A DNA stretch of 64,000 nt from the NCBI GenBank assembly GCA_002269645.1, contig NIVC01000621.1, positions 124,001 through 188,000 on the forward strand, read 5' to 3'. Positions 12,713 to 27,400 of this stretch are shown one piece after another. This stretch comes from Macrostomum lignano. Lineage: Eukaryota. Made by a program: the position numbers and the translations under genes. Positions within the stretch are counted from its first letter, which is position 1. Each line of letters begins with the position of its first letter. The notes beneath the pieces are model-generated. The model was not told the origin of the DNA. It searched no databases and saw nothing but the letters and a program-made list of their open reading frames with translations.

Positions 12713-14383
12713 TAGGCTGTTCAGTGTGCACAGGTTGTATGCAGGCAGAGCCAATCCACAGTTGAGTGAAATCTATAAATAGCAATTCTCTATGCAGTCT
12801 GCCAATCAGCCAGGGTCAGAATGTACACACGCAGCCACTGAGCTTTATTTTCCTCTCCCTTATTGCAGCCAGTATTGAGGCGTACACAGTGAACAGAGAA
12901 AAGTTGTGGCGAAATCTTAATTGGAATTGAAATTCAGTCAGTGAGATTTTGACCTTTTCTAGCCTCCCATTGAAAGCATTGGGAAAACTCGTTTTTCGAA
13001 TATTTAACCATCTTCCCATTCGAATTTTTTAAATGCAATTACACCCACACAATCTCACAAGAATTTGCAATTGAATGAAGCAAGTTTGAAAAAAATCGGT
13101 TCAGGCATTCAGGCTGTGGACTGGAATACCGGTCAGACAGACAGACAAACCTTAGAGATTTAGTATATTTAGACTAGCTAATTAGAGCTGGCTGCCAGCA
13201 GCCAGAATAATTTTTTTATTGCCCCCCTTTAAGTGGAGCGGATTTCTTATCAGTTGGCTCTGGGGCAATCAATTAAAATTGGCAGTGAAGTTTCTGGCTG
13301 ATAAAATTTGCATTGAAAAGGCCATTTAAAACAGTTTTTCGAATATTTAATCCCTTTAGCATTGAAGCAGATACAAGAAATTTTAACCGTCTTCTTTCCA
13401 GACAATTTTGAATATTTTGGCGAAAAGCGATCAAAATCGGTGAAGAATTGCAATCTCTAGAGCGTTATGGACAAACATACAAACAAATATTAGAGATTTA
13501 GTATATTTAGATTAGAAGAAGATGGACAAGCAAGCATTCAAACATACAAACCTTAGAGATTTAGTATATTTAGATTGTTTTAAATTCCATAGTGTGATAA
13601 GCAGAATTTTATGGTATCGCTTTTTCATCAAATTTTCGCTTTCACAAAACATGCCGCATTGCCTTTAGTTGCCATCTTCTTTATCCACTGCATAACGGCA
13701 GGCCTATCAGATTGTAGGTTAGAATTTCTTACCAAATAATGTGATTTCAAAACACTGTGCATTTTTTTATTAGAGGCAGGGGGCTGTGTGCACCCTGAGG
13801 CACTTAAAGCGACATAGGCCCACAAGCGGCGAGAGGCATTACTGCCTATTCCGCCGACTCCCCTGAGCAGGCACACAAGCGCACGGATACGTACGCAGGC
13901 ACACACTCACACAGGAGTGTACAGCGGCCCTAACTTTATTTATCGTTAGGCATGTATACTTCACTGCGCCTTGGGGGTTGGCCCTCTAGGTGGCTTGCTG
14001 GCTTGGCCCTCAAACCTCAGCTTTGTCATTGTACCTTGGGCTTTGAGGTCGGCTAGTCTAGAGCTGGTCTGTTTGGATAGCGGTCGAGACAAGTAGATGT
14101 CGTTGCCTTTTTCGCTCCGATGTAAGCAATATCCTATGCTTACAAACAGTACTCATCACTTAATCGATAGCGCCAACTTATGCTGCTGAGATGCAGAAAG
14201 GAGTCATAGGCAATGGAGATTCCAGGACTTAAGGCCTGTATTTATTGTGTACTCGTAGCTATCTGTTGAAGGTGATCATATTGAATTTCTACCAGATAGA
14301 CTACATTTTCGAAGCATTTAGGTTCCGTTATCTGCACAGCTGCCTCATCTTTATAAGCTAGAAGTTTCGGGCATAATTTTCAG

Positions 14384-17300
14384 AAACTGCAGCAGCTTTT
14401 AGACTCCGAGCAATGCAGTCTGGCAGACGCCACAATGGCGTTTGAGAAGCTGCGGACAGCCAAGAACTGTCCAGGCAAAGTGCATCGCCAGTTCAAGAAG
14501 CTTCAGCAGGCTTCAGACGAGTACGTTGAGCAGTTGCGGCGAGCTCTGAACAGAAGGGAGATATCAGAAGCACTGAAAATATGGGAGCATTGGCAGAGAG
14601 AGTTCAGCCGGATGCGATCCTGGGTACATGCTACAGAGGACAACTTGAGAAAGCTGCAAAGCTCACAAAAGACTTCGCTCATTGAAAGAAAAAACCAACT
14701 TACTGAACTTGAGGTAAGTTTAAAAAATCTGTTTCTATTTTGGATGCATTGTGCAAATAGCTGCTGTCATGACTCATTCCGTTCAAGGTACGGAAAATAC
14801 TCATACCTAATTTTACAGAGATTATAAAATTAGTTTTAAAAAGTACCCATAAAAACAACAAAAAATACAAGTATTACTTAATTACAGTTACCGTTGTATC
14901 AGGACGTAGCATGATCAAATCTTGAAAAATTACCTGGAAGGCCCCACCTGACTGCATTTCAGTTAAAATTGATATGCTCATAACATCGGATCAGTTGCTT
15001 CTTACTTTGACTTAGCTGCAGGGCTGTCCCGGAGGACGCAGCGGGAAGGCGCGAACGCCCATTCCGCTAATCCCTGAACGGCCGAAGAGTCGCTATGGAC
15101 GAAGGGTTGGCGCCGCCCAGGAGGTCCCCCAGTGTCGCCAGCAGCCATGATGCTCTCTGGAAAGGAGAGTTCAGCCCTGCGGGTGGCCCGGAGGTAGCGC
15201 ATGAGCTGATTAAAGTTTTCGGATTTGCATGCTTCAGTAATAGATGTGTGTGGCCCGAGGTAAGTGAGTCTGGCCCACGTGAAGGCGAGACAGATGCTGA
15301 CGAAATGCTCGAAATGCTCAGCGATTTCGTCACCTGAGTTGCAGAAACTGCAGATGGCGTTGGTGGCGTTGCCCTGCAGGTACTGGTGCCTAGAGAAGCA
15401 GCCGTGACCTGAGAGGGTCATGGTGGCATCCCGGATGTCTCTACGCGAGAGGCGCAAGAGGAGCTTCCGGAGCTGGTGAGAGGGCTGAGGGACAGCGCCT
15501 CTGGATTGCCTGCAGTTAGTACGGTTCGCCCAAGTTGAGCGGTGCTGAGTCCTGATCCACGCTTTGATGCGCGAGTTGATGACACAGCCAGGAATCGGGA
15601 CAAGAGGTTCGGGGCCGAGAGAGGAGCCGGAGACACCAACTTTTGCAAGGGTGTCAGCCAACTCATTCCCTCGGATCCCCACATGCCCTGGAACCCACTT
15701 AAGGGTAATTTTGTTGGTGGAACCCAACATGTTGAGGAGTTTGATACAGTCAAGGACTGTAGCAGGTTGGTGCTGCAGCCACTGATGGCGTGCAAGGCAG
15801 CTTGGCTATCCGAATGGAAAATGATGTTCTTACCAGTAACGTCATGTGGCGAGAAGCTCTGTAGTGCAGGAGCTAATGGCCAGAACTTCATTTTGGAAGA
15901 CACTGGAGTTGACCCCAGTGTACTGAGCGTGGGTAGCGATGACCCTCCCGTTTAGAAAGATTCGTGTAGCAATGAAGCTCACCAAGGTTCCATTGGTCAT
16001 TGATGTTATCGCGCAAGTCGATAGCTACGGAGTAGCGCTGTCTCAAGTTGAGCGTTGAGGCAATACCATCGGTGAAGACGCGATTGGCCTGACACTCGTT
16101 GAGAAAGTTGAGGCACAGATCGCTATGCGGGACAAGGTTCTGCTTAGCAGATGCTCTCATGTAAATGAATTTGACGCCGGCGTCAATTAGACGCCGCGTT
16201 GTTCTAGCCGCCTCACCCCTGACGAAGAGGTCAAGAGGCGGTAGATTAATGAAGGCCCCCATGCCAGCAAAGGGCGTGGACCTGGTGGCGTTGCAGATGA
16301 GCCTACACGCTCTGCCTTGGATCGTGTTGAGCAGATCTGCAAAGCGGATAACTTCTGTAGTACGCGGAGAGAAATGATTAGATTGGGTGACGCAAAGGTC
16401 TCCATCAGAGCGATCAGTCCTCAGCCAAGCCTGGAGATGGCTAGCAGCGAGGATAGCCGCTCTAGGGCGACTGTTCCCCGGGCCACACACATAAAAGTCA
16501 GAGTAGCCAGAGGGAATGTTGGGCAACTTACCGTTGCGCATCCAGGGTTCCTGGATCAGGATGAGGCCTGGCCTGTACAGCTCAGCAATCTTCATCAGAT
16601 TTACTGACGCAGATACGCAATGCTGTAAATTTATTTGCAGACAGAATGTCGCTGCTTTGGCATCGTGGAGCTTAGTCATACTGTATTAAATGCAATTTCT
16701 GGCTAGAGCCCAGGGCCATCAAGGGGACTTGGACAACAAATCGTCCTCGTCCCAGGCCGCTGGGGCTTGACTGGGAGATGGGAGTTGGTCAACGTCCATG
16801 GCCTCCTCAACCCCACCAACCCCCCCCCCCCCCCAGCAGAGTCCTCAGGCTCCGATGACAGGATGGAGGAAGCTTCCTCATCTGCATCTTTACCTTCAGA
16901 CCCACCAGGATGGCCGAGGAGAGCTTGGATTCCGAAGACCCGGCCTCGTCCTCAACTCCTTCTCCAACTGGCAGGTTTGGTTCCCGGGTTTTGGCCGGAG
17001 CCGTTACCGCGGTCGCCGAACCGCTGCTAGCAGAGGGGCGAGACGCAGCTTTGGCTTTGGGATCGGTTTGAGCCTTTCCTTGGGCCTTAGACTGCGCCCC
17101 GCTCTTGCCAGAGATGCCGGGGTTGGCAGTAGCCTTCCCTTTTGGCAGACTTTCCTGAGCTTGAGGGCACCCAGCTGGAAAGAGGATCCACTAGGGTACC
17201 GACTCGCCCAAGTGTTGGAGAGGCCGAGGACAATTGAGTTGCCCGTCTCCCCCCTGCGGACTTTGCGGTGATACACCAGTCAACTAGCAGGGAGGTCGGG

Positions 17301-19765
17301 GTTCAGACGCAGTAGGATCCGGCGGATAACGTCTGGTCCAGCTGCGGTGCTCTTAGCAGGGATAAAAACCACATAGGTTATTGTCTTAGGACGCTGGCCC
17401 TCGCGAAGAAAAAGAGCTCCGCCAAGGTCAGCATCCAAGGAGACCGTCGGCAGCCGCTGGAGCAGCTGCTGAGCGTCCTCCTCACTGCTAGGAGCAATAA
17501 GGACGAATGTGCTTCGCAGCACCATCCGCTCAATGCCGATGGAGATTCCATCCTCGACAGTCAGCTCAATCAGATAGGAGTCAACAGCACTCCACACTTT
17601 TTGAAGCTGACCAGTTTCAAAATAAATAGTTTCAAAGCTGACCAGCTACCAGCCGCTGACCTACTGGAGCCTCCACCGGCCGGCCCGCCTGGTTGCCTTG
17701 GGACTCCAGTCGCTTCAGCATCCATGGTGGACGCCGCCGCTTTGGCCCCCGCAGCTCCCTTCTTGGCCTGCCTTTTGGCGCGTTGCTTAGCGCGTTTGCG
17801 CTCAAGCCGAGCCCACTGAGCTTCGTCGGATCTGCCAGATTTGACCGGTCCTTTAGGCTCAGAAATTGCGGTTCCCTTAGATCCACCAGCAGAGCTGCCA
17901 GGTCTTTGGGTGCTTTGGTTTTGGTAGCTCTGGTCGGATCTGCCAGCAGAGCCAGCCGGTCCTTCCTTTGCCACAGTTGAATCAGTCGGTTGGGATCTGC
18001 CAGCAGGGCCGGCCGGTCCTTCGGACTGAGGTTGGGGTTTAGAAGGGTCCCCGTCCCTAGAAATAGTTTGCTTATCCATAGTCGGCTCGAAGGCCATGAT
18101 AAAAGGTTGGTGGGCTACCCTCAAAGGGGCACGGTACCCACCCGGCCGCTCCACCTGACCGGGCAGTAGGCCAAAAGTACCTTCAAGGCTGGCCCGACAC
18201 CAGGAGGGGGAACGCTAGCGACCGGACTACTCCCCGGCCTTCCAGCCCATCGGCACGGTCAACACCTTAGGCATTAGATAGTACGTTGAGCAGTACCACG
18301 GCCTGCAGGCTGGCGAGCCAGACCCGCATATCCAAATTCGGCCGAAGCCACTGGATAGGGTCGCCAGCGCCGGAGCCCAGTCTGTCCAGCAGCCCTAGGG
18401 TCTGCCTTGAACACACGCGGGGACGGGTACCCCTGGGTCGACTTGCGAAACAGCGTGGGGGGGGTCTGCGGCTGCCAGAGGCAAATAGCGGGTGCAGACC
18501 TCCCTCCAGCCTTGACCTGCTGAAGATAGGGGCAAGCGTGAAGCATCGCAGACCTTAGCCCAGAGGCCTGGTCTGTCTCATACTTCACTGGCATGCTGAA
18601 TACGCTTTCGCGCGCCGGATCAGTTGCACTTGAAAATAATCATTTTTGCTAGGTTGTTAAAAGTTTTGCTCTCATTATGATGCAAGTTTGTTCTTATATC
18701 TACATGTGGGAACGGCGGGTGTGCATTAGAGTACTTTTCTTGCAGTCAAAATGAATATGAAGTTTCGAGTAAATTTATAACTATCCTTTCCTAGTCTTGA
18801 CAAAATAGAAGACCAGAATAGCCTGTAGTTTCGAAGCCTTGAAAAGTACATAATCTGTAGATTGCAATATTTATGGGTGTTCCGTCCTCATACATGTACA
18901 ATGGTAACCTCTAATAGTCCTCAAAAAATACTCAGTAGAAGTTACCGTACTTTCTAATTATAGAAACTGCTTGGCTCGGTTAATGCTTTGGAATCGAAGT
19001 TCAACGAATGGCAGAAGCTAAACGAGAAATTTTCCGCTTTCTTTGATGACGACATCTTGATCTCCAGGTACAAAAGTCTGCAAGATACTGCAAAGGTGAT
19101 TTAAAAAACAAATGTGGATATTAATTGTTCCGTGTTTTTTAGCAGTCATCATGTCTATCTACACATATAATACATGCATATATTAACTACAGCTGGCCGT
19201 GAGGAACATGAGGCGCTCCGTATCTCTGCATATCGAATTTGATACCCACGCGGTGGAGTTCAAGTCTTGGCTCAACGAGCAGAAACTTCGAATAGGAGCT
19301 GTAATCAATAAATCCAACAATCAAACATACTTAAACCAATCTGCCGATGTTCTTGACGGAGAAAAAACAAAAGAGAAGCTGAGGCAACTCATGGATATCA
19401 ATAAATGTTTTAATGAATCGGAAAAAAAATGGCTCATGAACCCGCGTTTCAATGGAAGAGATCTTATTGAAAGCTGCAAGGGAAATTCCAATCTTCAAAG
19501 GGAGACGAAAAGTCAAATCTCAGCAATGGAGTCGCTATCCAAGCAAGCGAAGGTAACAAAGCATCATAATTTTCTACTGCCTAGAAAGCTATTTAATGCT
19601 TTTAACACTGTAATACATGCATCCTTTAATACTCCACAAATGTAGGAACGATTAAAAGAAGAGATTCGAACAGCAACGACTCAGCTCGCATCAATTCACA
19701 CTAGGATTGAAAGCAAACTTGAAAGTTTTGAACTAGCTTCGCAAACTTTCTTTGAGAAAAAAAAG
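14384..19765 (+). CDS. Spectrin-repeat-like exons of paralog A (14384-14713, 18964-19095, 19193-19552, 19646-19765); no first exon recognised
   Basis: All four are open phase-0 exons with AG/GT borders, collinear with and similar to exons 2-5 of the 50633-63211 gene. The LINE lies in the first intron. Confidence 0.75.
14999..18615 (-). mobile_element. Non-LTR retrotransposon (I-group, LOA/Lian-like) with fragmented ORF1, N-terminal AP endonuclease and RNase H; RT domain deleted
   Basis: QINLQHC...LIQEPW (AP endonuclease start); SVFQNEVLA, FHSDSQAAL and LKWVPGHVGIRGNELADTLAK (RNase H); 12-bp TSD CGGATCAGTTGC at 14987-14998 and 18616-18627; several frameshifts. Confidence 0.9.
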
Positions 19766-20372
19766 GTAGCCCATGCGAATTTATTTGTTTAAATTAAATC
19801 GTAGCTTGACACGATTCTATTGTGGCATCAGTACAATATCTGTTTCTATAGGCTTAAAACAAAGGAGTGAATCCTAATCAGCGCAGCGGCCAGCGGTCCA
19901 GGCTGGATTTCAAATAACTTTGCTTTGGGACTTAATTGAAATCTCGGCTTGGGTCTGCTTGTGCAATAAACATCCCCTTATGGAGCTAACACATATAAAA
20001 TTTCGCTGAAACCCTGCTAAGTTGCATTACAAAAATCTTGAAACGCTTAGGTGTATTTAAACTTGGACCAATAAAACGGATACTTGGTTCATATTCACGC
20101 CTTTCTACTTTATTTTTGACCCAATAACGAAAAGCCTTCAAATAATGCAATAAAACAAAGCTGCATAAATTTACGGAAATATTCAATTATAATTATTCCG
20201 CTTCCATTCAGGCATTTGCACTAACGTTCAGATAATCTGAAGCATTCGTTGGATTTTTAACAATAGTTGTCAAAGATTAGACTGTATTCCGTTAGATTAA
20301 ACAGTATTTGAGTGCTAGCATCACCGACATATGTAACTTACTGACTTGTGGTTTTACATAATTATACTACAG

Positions 20373-22921
20373 GTAACAGCGCTTTCAACAGAAAATTTAT
20401 TGTCAACGCCACGAGAGAGTCAGCATCCACCGCAGTATCAAACGGAGTTTAGGCCCAAAACGTTTTCACCACATGTGAGTTTATATTGTTATATCCTAAA
20501 ATTGACTCCACGATCATCTGTCTGATTTATCTCTTATCCCATGACCATCTAAATGATCCACCTTTGATTCTGTGACTTTAGAGACATTGTGTAAAATACC
20601 TAAATAGCTATTGATCGCAACCTGGGAAATTACTGTACTAGCAATGCTATATACCAACTGCAATACGATAAACAATGTAACTTTCTGACTTGGTTTTACA
20701 TAATTATACTACAGGTAACAGCGCTTTCAACAGAAAATTTATTGTCAACGCCACGAAAGAGTCAGCATCCACCGCAGTATCAAACGGAGTTTAGGCCCAA
20801 AACGTTTTCACCACATGTGAGTTTATATTGTTATATCCTAAAATTGACTCCACGATCATCTGTCTGATTTATCTCTTATCCCATGACCATCTAAATCAGG
20901 GGTCCCCAACCTTCTATGGGCGGCGAGCCGCATTGACAACTGGCTTGGTGTGTGCGGGCCGCATGCTAATACACAAAACATGAAATACACAAAACCAAGC
21001 AAAAATGTCCATTTCCAAATGTCAAACAAAATCAATGAGATGGCTGGTGCTCCTTATCCTTCGACAGCAGTTCAACATTTGGCTTGATCGACGAAACAGC
21101 GAGCAGCAGTGCATAAAGGAAAACTTTAACATTTTCGGGGGCCGCAGTGAAATCCAGTGATAGACTCGGCGGGCCGCATGTAATGCAAACTACTGGAAGG
21201 TGCCGCGGGCCGCACAAAAAGGGCTCGCGGGCCGCATGCGGCCCGCGGGCCGCAGGTTGGGGACCCATGATCTAAATGATCCACCTTTGATTCTGTGACT
21301 TTAGAGACATTGTGTAAAATACCTAAATAACTATTGATCGCAACCTGGGAAATTACTGTACTAGCAATGCTATATACCAACTGCAATACGATAAACAATG
21401 TAACTTTCTGACTTGGTTTTACATAATTATACTACAGGTAACAGCGCTTTCAACAGAAAATTTATTGTCAACGCCACGAAAGAGTCAGCATCCACCGCAG
21501 TCTCAAACGGAGTTTAGGCCCAAAACGTTTTCACTACATGTGAGTTTATATTGTTCCATGAATCAGTAAATTTTGCTTCAGGTTGATGTAACAAAATTGC
21601 AAAAACTGTTCTGTAAAATGAGTTGAAAAAGTTTTCACTGAATTTTTCACAGGCAACTGAATCAACAGTCGACAGCAACATACGGTTGCATCCATCCAGC
21701 AACCAGCACCGCATCCAGCAACATGCGGTGGATGCTGGCTACGGTTACGGATGGAGACACAATGCATCAAACGGAATGAATGGTCAAACAAGCAGGACTG
21801 CGCAGGTCTAACGGCTGTCCAGTTTATTTTATCTAATTGTTTCTAATCCACTTTAGAATGAGATCTAAATCAACAGTCGATTAATTTGAGCCAATCTTTG
21901 AATAGCAGAGCTACTGTCACCTTGGTGGCAGCCGCTGTCGCCTGGTGGGCGCCTCTGCCCCTGCCTACTAGGCTAGTTGATTACCAACATCCAAGAGGTG
22001 GAAAAAGTTTAACTCCTTGGCTGAGCTCCTTTGCCAAGTTTGGCTGGCTCTTTCATTTTGTTTTTTTTATTGCAGCGCTGTTTTTAGCAGCGGCGGGGGG
22101 ATAGGGACAGATATATTGGGTGACTGCGGGACCCCTTGGCCCTCCACAACGTACGCCACTGATTTTGTGCCTGAAACAATTATATTATATTATATTTTAT
22201 AGTAATTATTACTGGAATCACTAGGAGGAATCAAATTTTCCGGTTTGTTATATCTCTTAAAATTGACTCCACGATCATCTGTCTGATTTATCTCTTATCC
22301 CATGACCATCTAAATGATCCAATTTTGATTCTGTGACTTTAGAGACATTGTGTAAAATACCTAAATAGCTATTGATCGCAACCTGGGAAATTACTGTACT
22401 AGCTATGCTATATACCAACTGCAATACGATAAACAATGTAACTTACTGACTTGTGGTTTTACATAATTATACTACAGGTAACAGCGCTTTCAACAGAAAA
22501 TTTATTGTCAACGCCACGAGAGAGTCAGCATCCACCGCAGTATCAAACGGAGTTTAGGCCCAAAACGTTTTCACCACATGTGAGTTTATATTGTTATATC
22601 CTAAAATTGACTCCACGATCATCTGTCTGATTTATCTCTTATCCCATGACCATCTAAATGATCCACCTTTGATTCTGTGACTTTAGAGACATTGTGTAAA
22701 ATACCTAAATAGCTATTGATCGCAACCTGGGAAATTACTGTACTAGCAATGCTATATACCAACTGCAATACGATAAACAATGTAACTTTCTGACTTGGTT
22801 TTACATAATTATACTACAGGTAACAGCGCTTTCAACAGAAAATTTATTGTCAACGCCACGAAAGAGTCAGCATCCACCGCAGTCTCAAACGGAGTTTAGG
22901 CCCAAAACGTTTTCACTACAT
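20373..22921 (+). CDS. Five tandem 102-nt phase-0 linker exons (VTALSTENLLSTPRESQHPPQYQTEFRPKTFSPH-like): 20373-20474, 20715-20816, 21438-21539, 22478-22579, 22820-22921
   Basis: Each copy is bounded by TACTACAG and GTGAGT, is 34 codons long and has no stop. Confidence 0.7.
20897..21269. mobile_element. hAT-type MITE
   Basis: TIRs CAGGGGTCCCCAACC / GGTTGGGGACCCATG; perfect 8-bp TSD ATCTAAAT at 20889-20896 and 21270-21277. Confidence 0.92.
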
Positions 22922-24425
22922 GTGAGTTTATATTGTTCCATGAATCAGTAAATTTTGCTTCAGGTTGATGTAACAAAATTGCAAAAACTGTTCTGTAAAA
23001 TGAGTGAATAAATGGAAATGGAATAAAATGACAGTAAATAATAGTGCGCCTTTTAAATTTGTGGCTGGATACATTCGCAAAGTGGCAAATGTCGTAGGCC
23101 GACATGGGCTATTCGTAGAAAGTATATTTACGAGTAAATAAGTTAGACCGCAATGCATTTTTAAATTTAACTTTTTTTGCCGAAAAAGTGCTTCTGTTTT
23201 GCAAGTATTGCACTGATTGAGTTCAGTGAAGTGTCAAGCGATAGAAAACTTTGAGGTCCATCGAATGATTATAGTTTTAAGTGCAGAGAGTTTTTAAGTG
23301 AGACGTAAATTCACTTAAATGACGATTTTTTAAAAGTGCTTTCGGGAGATTTCAAAACTCGAGTACACCTTACGAGATCGGCTTCGACATCTGAAGAACA
23401 AAGTTTTCAAAAAAAATTTTACAAATGGTATATGGCGCTCTGATTTATTTTGGAATCCTTATGCAGTTTTGTTGGGTTTTTGGGGTAAAAGAATAACCTT
23501 TTTTATTTCGCCACTTTTTTCTATGAAGCTGTCCGAGTTTAGACGCCAAAGCAGTGCAGTTAGATGCGCAATACAAATACGAGTGTCTACAAGTGTCTAA
23601 TGTTTTGTTTTCCTACGATTCTGCAGTGCTAAAAAAATCGAGAAAAATCGATTTTTCAAAAAATCACATGACTTTAGCATTGTTGTTTATTATAATTTTG
23701 AGAACATGGTGCGAAGCCGATTTCGAATTTCTATAGCATAGTTGCTGTACTATATTGGTTTAAATTGCCGACGTCTTATTTCGCTGCTTTCGGATTGAAA
23801 AATAGATCAGAAATCGATCATTTGTGATTTTTGGTTGATTGGGTGCCCGAAAAATGGAAATTAAAATTTTAAATGAAAGGCCACTAAAACCTACACATAC
23901 ATTCAAAGCGGCCTTTTAGAGTTCTGCCAATATTTGCAAGTGTAACGTCTTGTGTTGTTAGGTAGTTCTTGGGTTAGGTTAAGATAAAATAGAATTTTAT
24001 TGAAGTCATTAACCCGATAAATAACAATCGGATTCAGATTCGTCATCGGTTCGATAGTCTTCAATTCAGGCAACTTAATACAAAGTTCATCGTGCCACTA
24101 CGTCACTTTCTTTTGTTGGGGTCTCTTTCTTAGGTATGCGTCTCCTACTCTTGGTAAAGCATTCGATGCTGTCTCTTGTTGGGCGCCCCTGTCTCTTTGT
24201 TTGCGCTCCTGTCTTTTGGCGGGCGGCCTGGTTTCTTAGTTAGAGTTTTGTCTCTTATTACTAGCATCATGAAATACTCGTTACAAGGAATAAAAACTAA
24301 GTTCGTAGACTGTAATGACGTTACTAAGTAGTTAAAGGCAAAAAAAATTCTATACATATTGCCCCTACAATCTAGCTACTCATAAAAGTAAAAAAGCACG
24401 TTTATAACTGAATATCTTAACTAAG

Positions 24426-27400
24426 GAACCACCAAAAATCAAACTGGACAAGACGGAAAAATTTGATGCTCAACTTCGGTCGGCTAACGATTGGATCAAG
24501 CACACGCACTTAGAGCTGATGGATTTGGACGCTGACCGGGGGCCGAATTCGGAGAAGGCTCATTGGCTTCGGGTTTGTATCCTATATTAATTGATTCCAC
24601 GACCATTTAAGGGGTTTATTTTTTGTTTAAAGCTCGTATCAACACTTGGCTGATTTATCTTTGATTCTAGGACCATCTAAGTGATTTATCAGTGATTCTA
24701 TGGCCGTCTGAGTGATGTATCTTTGATGCGATGTCCATATCTGAGTGATTTATCTCTGATGCGATGTCCATATCTGAGTGATTTATCTTTGATGCGATGT
24801 CCATCTGAGTGATTTATCTTTAATGCTATGACCATCTGAGTGATTAAAATTGGCTTCAGAAGTATATCGTATAATTTCTTGTTGATCGTATGAGCTTTCC
24901 TTTTGTTTAAATAAAAATTTGAGTGATTTTCTTAGCGAAATGGTCATATACATGATCTCCTATGATTTTATGACTATCTGACTTCCCTTTGAAACTTTTT
25001 TGAATCGGCCTTTGAAAAAACTCCAATAAAGGCCATCAAGGACACTCTACACGAAGGCGAAGATCGAGTTTCAGCGGCTGCTGTAACGGCCGAGCAAATG
25101 ATGCAGCGAAGCGTTTGTCCATTTCGAGTTGGTCGTCAACATTTCCTGCTTGCCCAGTCTTGGTCCATGCTGATCAGCTTGTTTGAGCGACTGCAGAGGG
25201 AAGTCTGCGCAGCTGATAGCGGCCAGGATAGATGGAGGCAACGGGACGGTGAAGAACATGTAACTTCTGTTTATTGTTCAAATTTTACTCTGGAGTATAG
25301 AAGGTAGCGACTGAATAGCTGAAAGTTTTAAATAATCTAGATCTGGGTGACAGTACTCTCTGAAGGTCTGGAGAGTGTAGTAGTACATACTGTGGTTCAT
25401 TATAGGACAAGCATTCAGTTTTGAATTTTACAGGCTACCAGAGCTACACGTGATGAAACTTTCCTTTCCCACAGAATCGCTATCGCTGAAACCTTTATTC
25501 AAAATGGTACAGCGATCAGAATCAGTTTCCATAAGAGACACATTCAGGCTTCATGAGAGACACATTCAGGCTTCATGAGAGACACATTCAGGCTTCATGA
25601 GAGACACATTCAGGCTTCATGAGAGACACATTCGGGCTTCCATGGGCGGAACACTTCGGGCTTTCATAAGACACATCCGATCTTCGGAGTGGCGATCTAA
25701 AACGCCTATACTAGACTAGTTCTCCAGACTGAAACAGGACCATTTTTTACTATGATTAATTGACACAGGTTCGACACAGAATCATCTCCCTAATCCCATC
25801 TGCAGCAGAAAGTTCGGCATTTCAACTGCGGCCACTGGGAGAAGTTGGATCGTGAAGCCTCATCTCGGCTAGTCAGCAATGACTTCTGCTCCAAATGCTG
25901 GCCGCTCACCGCCCAGATGCAGCGGAACGGCCTGTTTAGTCGACCGAGAGACGACGACCAGGTCAAGCGCACAATGCTGTCGGACACTGACCCTGAAAAC
26001 TCTCTGGAATATATTCAGGTGCTGGACAGGGTGACCAGATACGTCAAGCCGGAGCACAATATCCGAGTGAGAATTCGAAGCATCGAGAAGATCGAAAACC
26101 CCGTGTTGGACCGGCGGGTCTATCACGTGTACGACCAGCTGATTAAGAAAAACAGCGAGCCACTCCTGCTCATCCACGGTACAGCTGGAGCTGTAGCCGA
26201 GAAGATCATTCAGGAAGGCTTTAAGGTATCTAAAGTTGTTACCTAATATTACCACTAAAGTGTGTACCAGAGCTGTGAGTTCCCTGGCAGGGTGGCCATT
26301 CTGTTGACCATTCGATGGTTTTCCATCAAAAACCATTGACTGCTAGCCAACAACAATGTGCTCCTAGTGGTCCTTTTATTCCATTACAGTATGAGCAAGC
26401 ACATAAGTCAGCCGATCACACGCAACTGTTTTAGAGCAGGTGTTAAAAAATTAAAGGAAACTGATGCGAATCTTAATGCGGGATTGCGCATCGATATCCT
26501 ATTAAAACTGACTCCTCCATCTGCTCTTCTGTCAGCAGGTGAGACATCCACTTGGCAGAGATCTTGTCAAGATCTTCTGCATGCCTAAGTTCTCAGTTAG
26601 GATGCGATGCACCGTGCTGTGGGGAATGTGTAGTAGTTCCTGGAGCTCAGCGCAAGTGAGCCTACTGTCCTCTGTCACGGCATCATTCATATGCTCTCGG
26701 CATTTGCGTCGGTTGTTGCTGTTCTCGGCCTTCCGGGGGCGCTCTTTATATTCCATACACAGCTTCCCTCCCTGGGCCTCACGAACCCACTCGCGCACTG
26801 TCTGAATTGATATAGCTTAATCTTCTCTCAAAACGTCTCCAAGATCTTCGCACATTGCGGTTGCCGATTTTCCAATCAAAACCAATCAAAACTCTAAACT
26901 TGATGATGTTCCGAACGTCAAACCGAGTGAACGAAGCTGACGCGTTCATCTTTGCAACACTCTATTTGATTTAAGTGATGCTCTGCAGCTTGTGAGCATG
27001 ATGGCACTCTGAAACTTGTCATTATTTTTTGCCATAGACTATAGTAAAAGGCTAGTGCGTCTTGTCCAAGTTGCTTTTAATAAATTTCATAGGATAGTAA
27101 AACTAATTTCCAAAAATTAAACTTTTTCTTCAAATTATGTATCAGATTAAACATGCCTTTTTCGGGAGTTATTTTCGTAAATCCCTCGGGCCTCAGGCCC
27201 TCCTGATTTATACAAATAACTCCCTCAAAGGCATGTGTAATCTCGCATAAAACATAGACATAAAGACTTTACGGGATATTATTGAATATTACCAAATAAA
27301 ATCCCGGAGAACGCAAATATTGCCACGGAAAGTCTTTATTTCTATGGATTATAACCTCTTAACCGCTGTACACAATTAAGGTTGGCACCAGAGGCATGTA

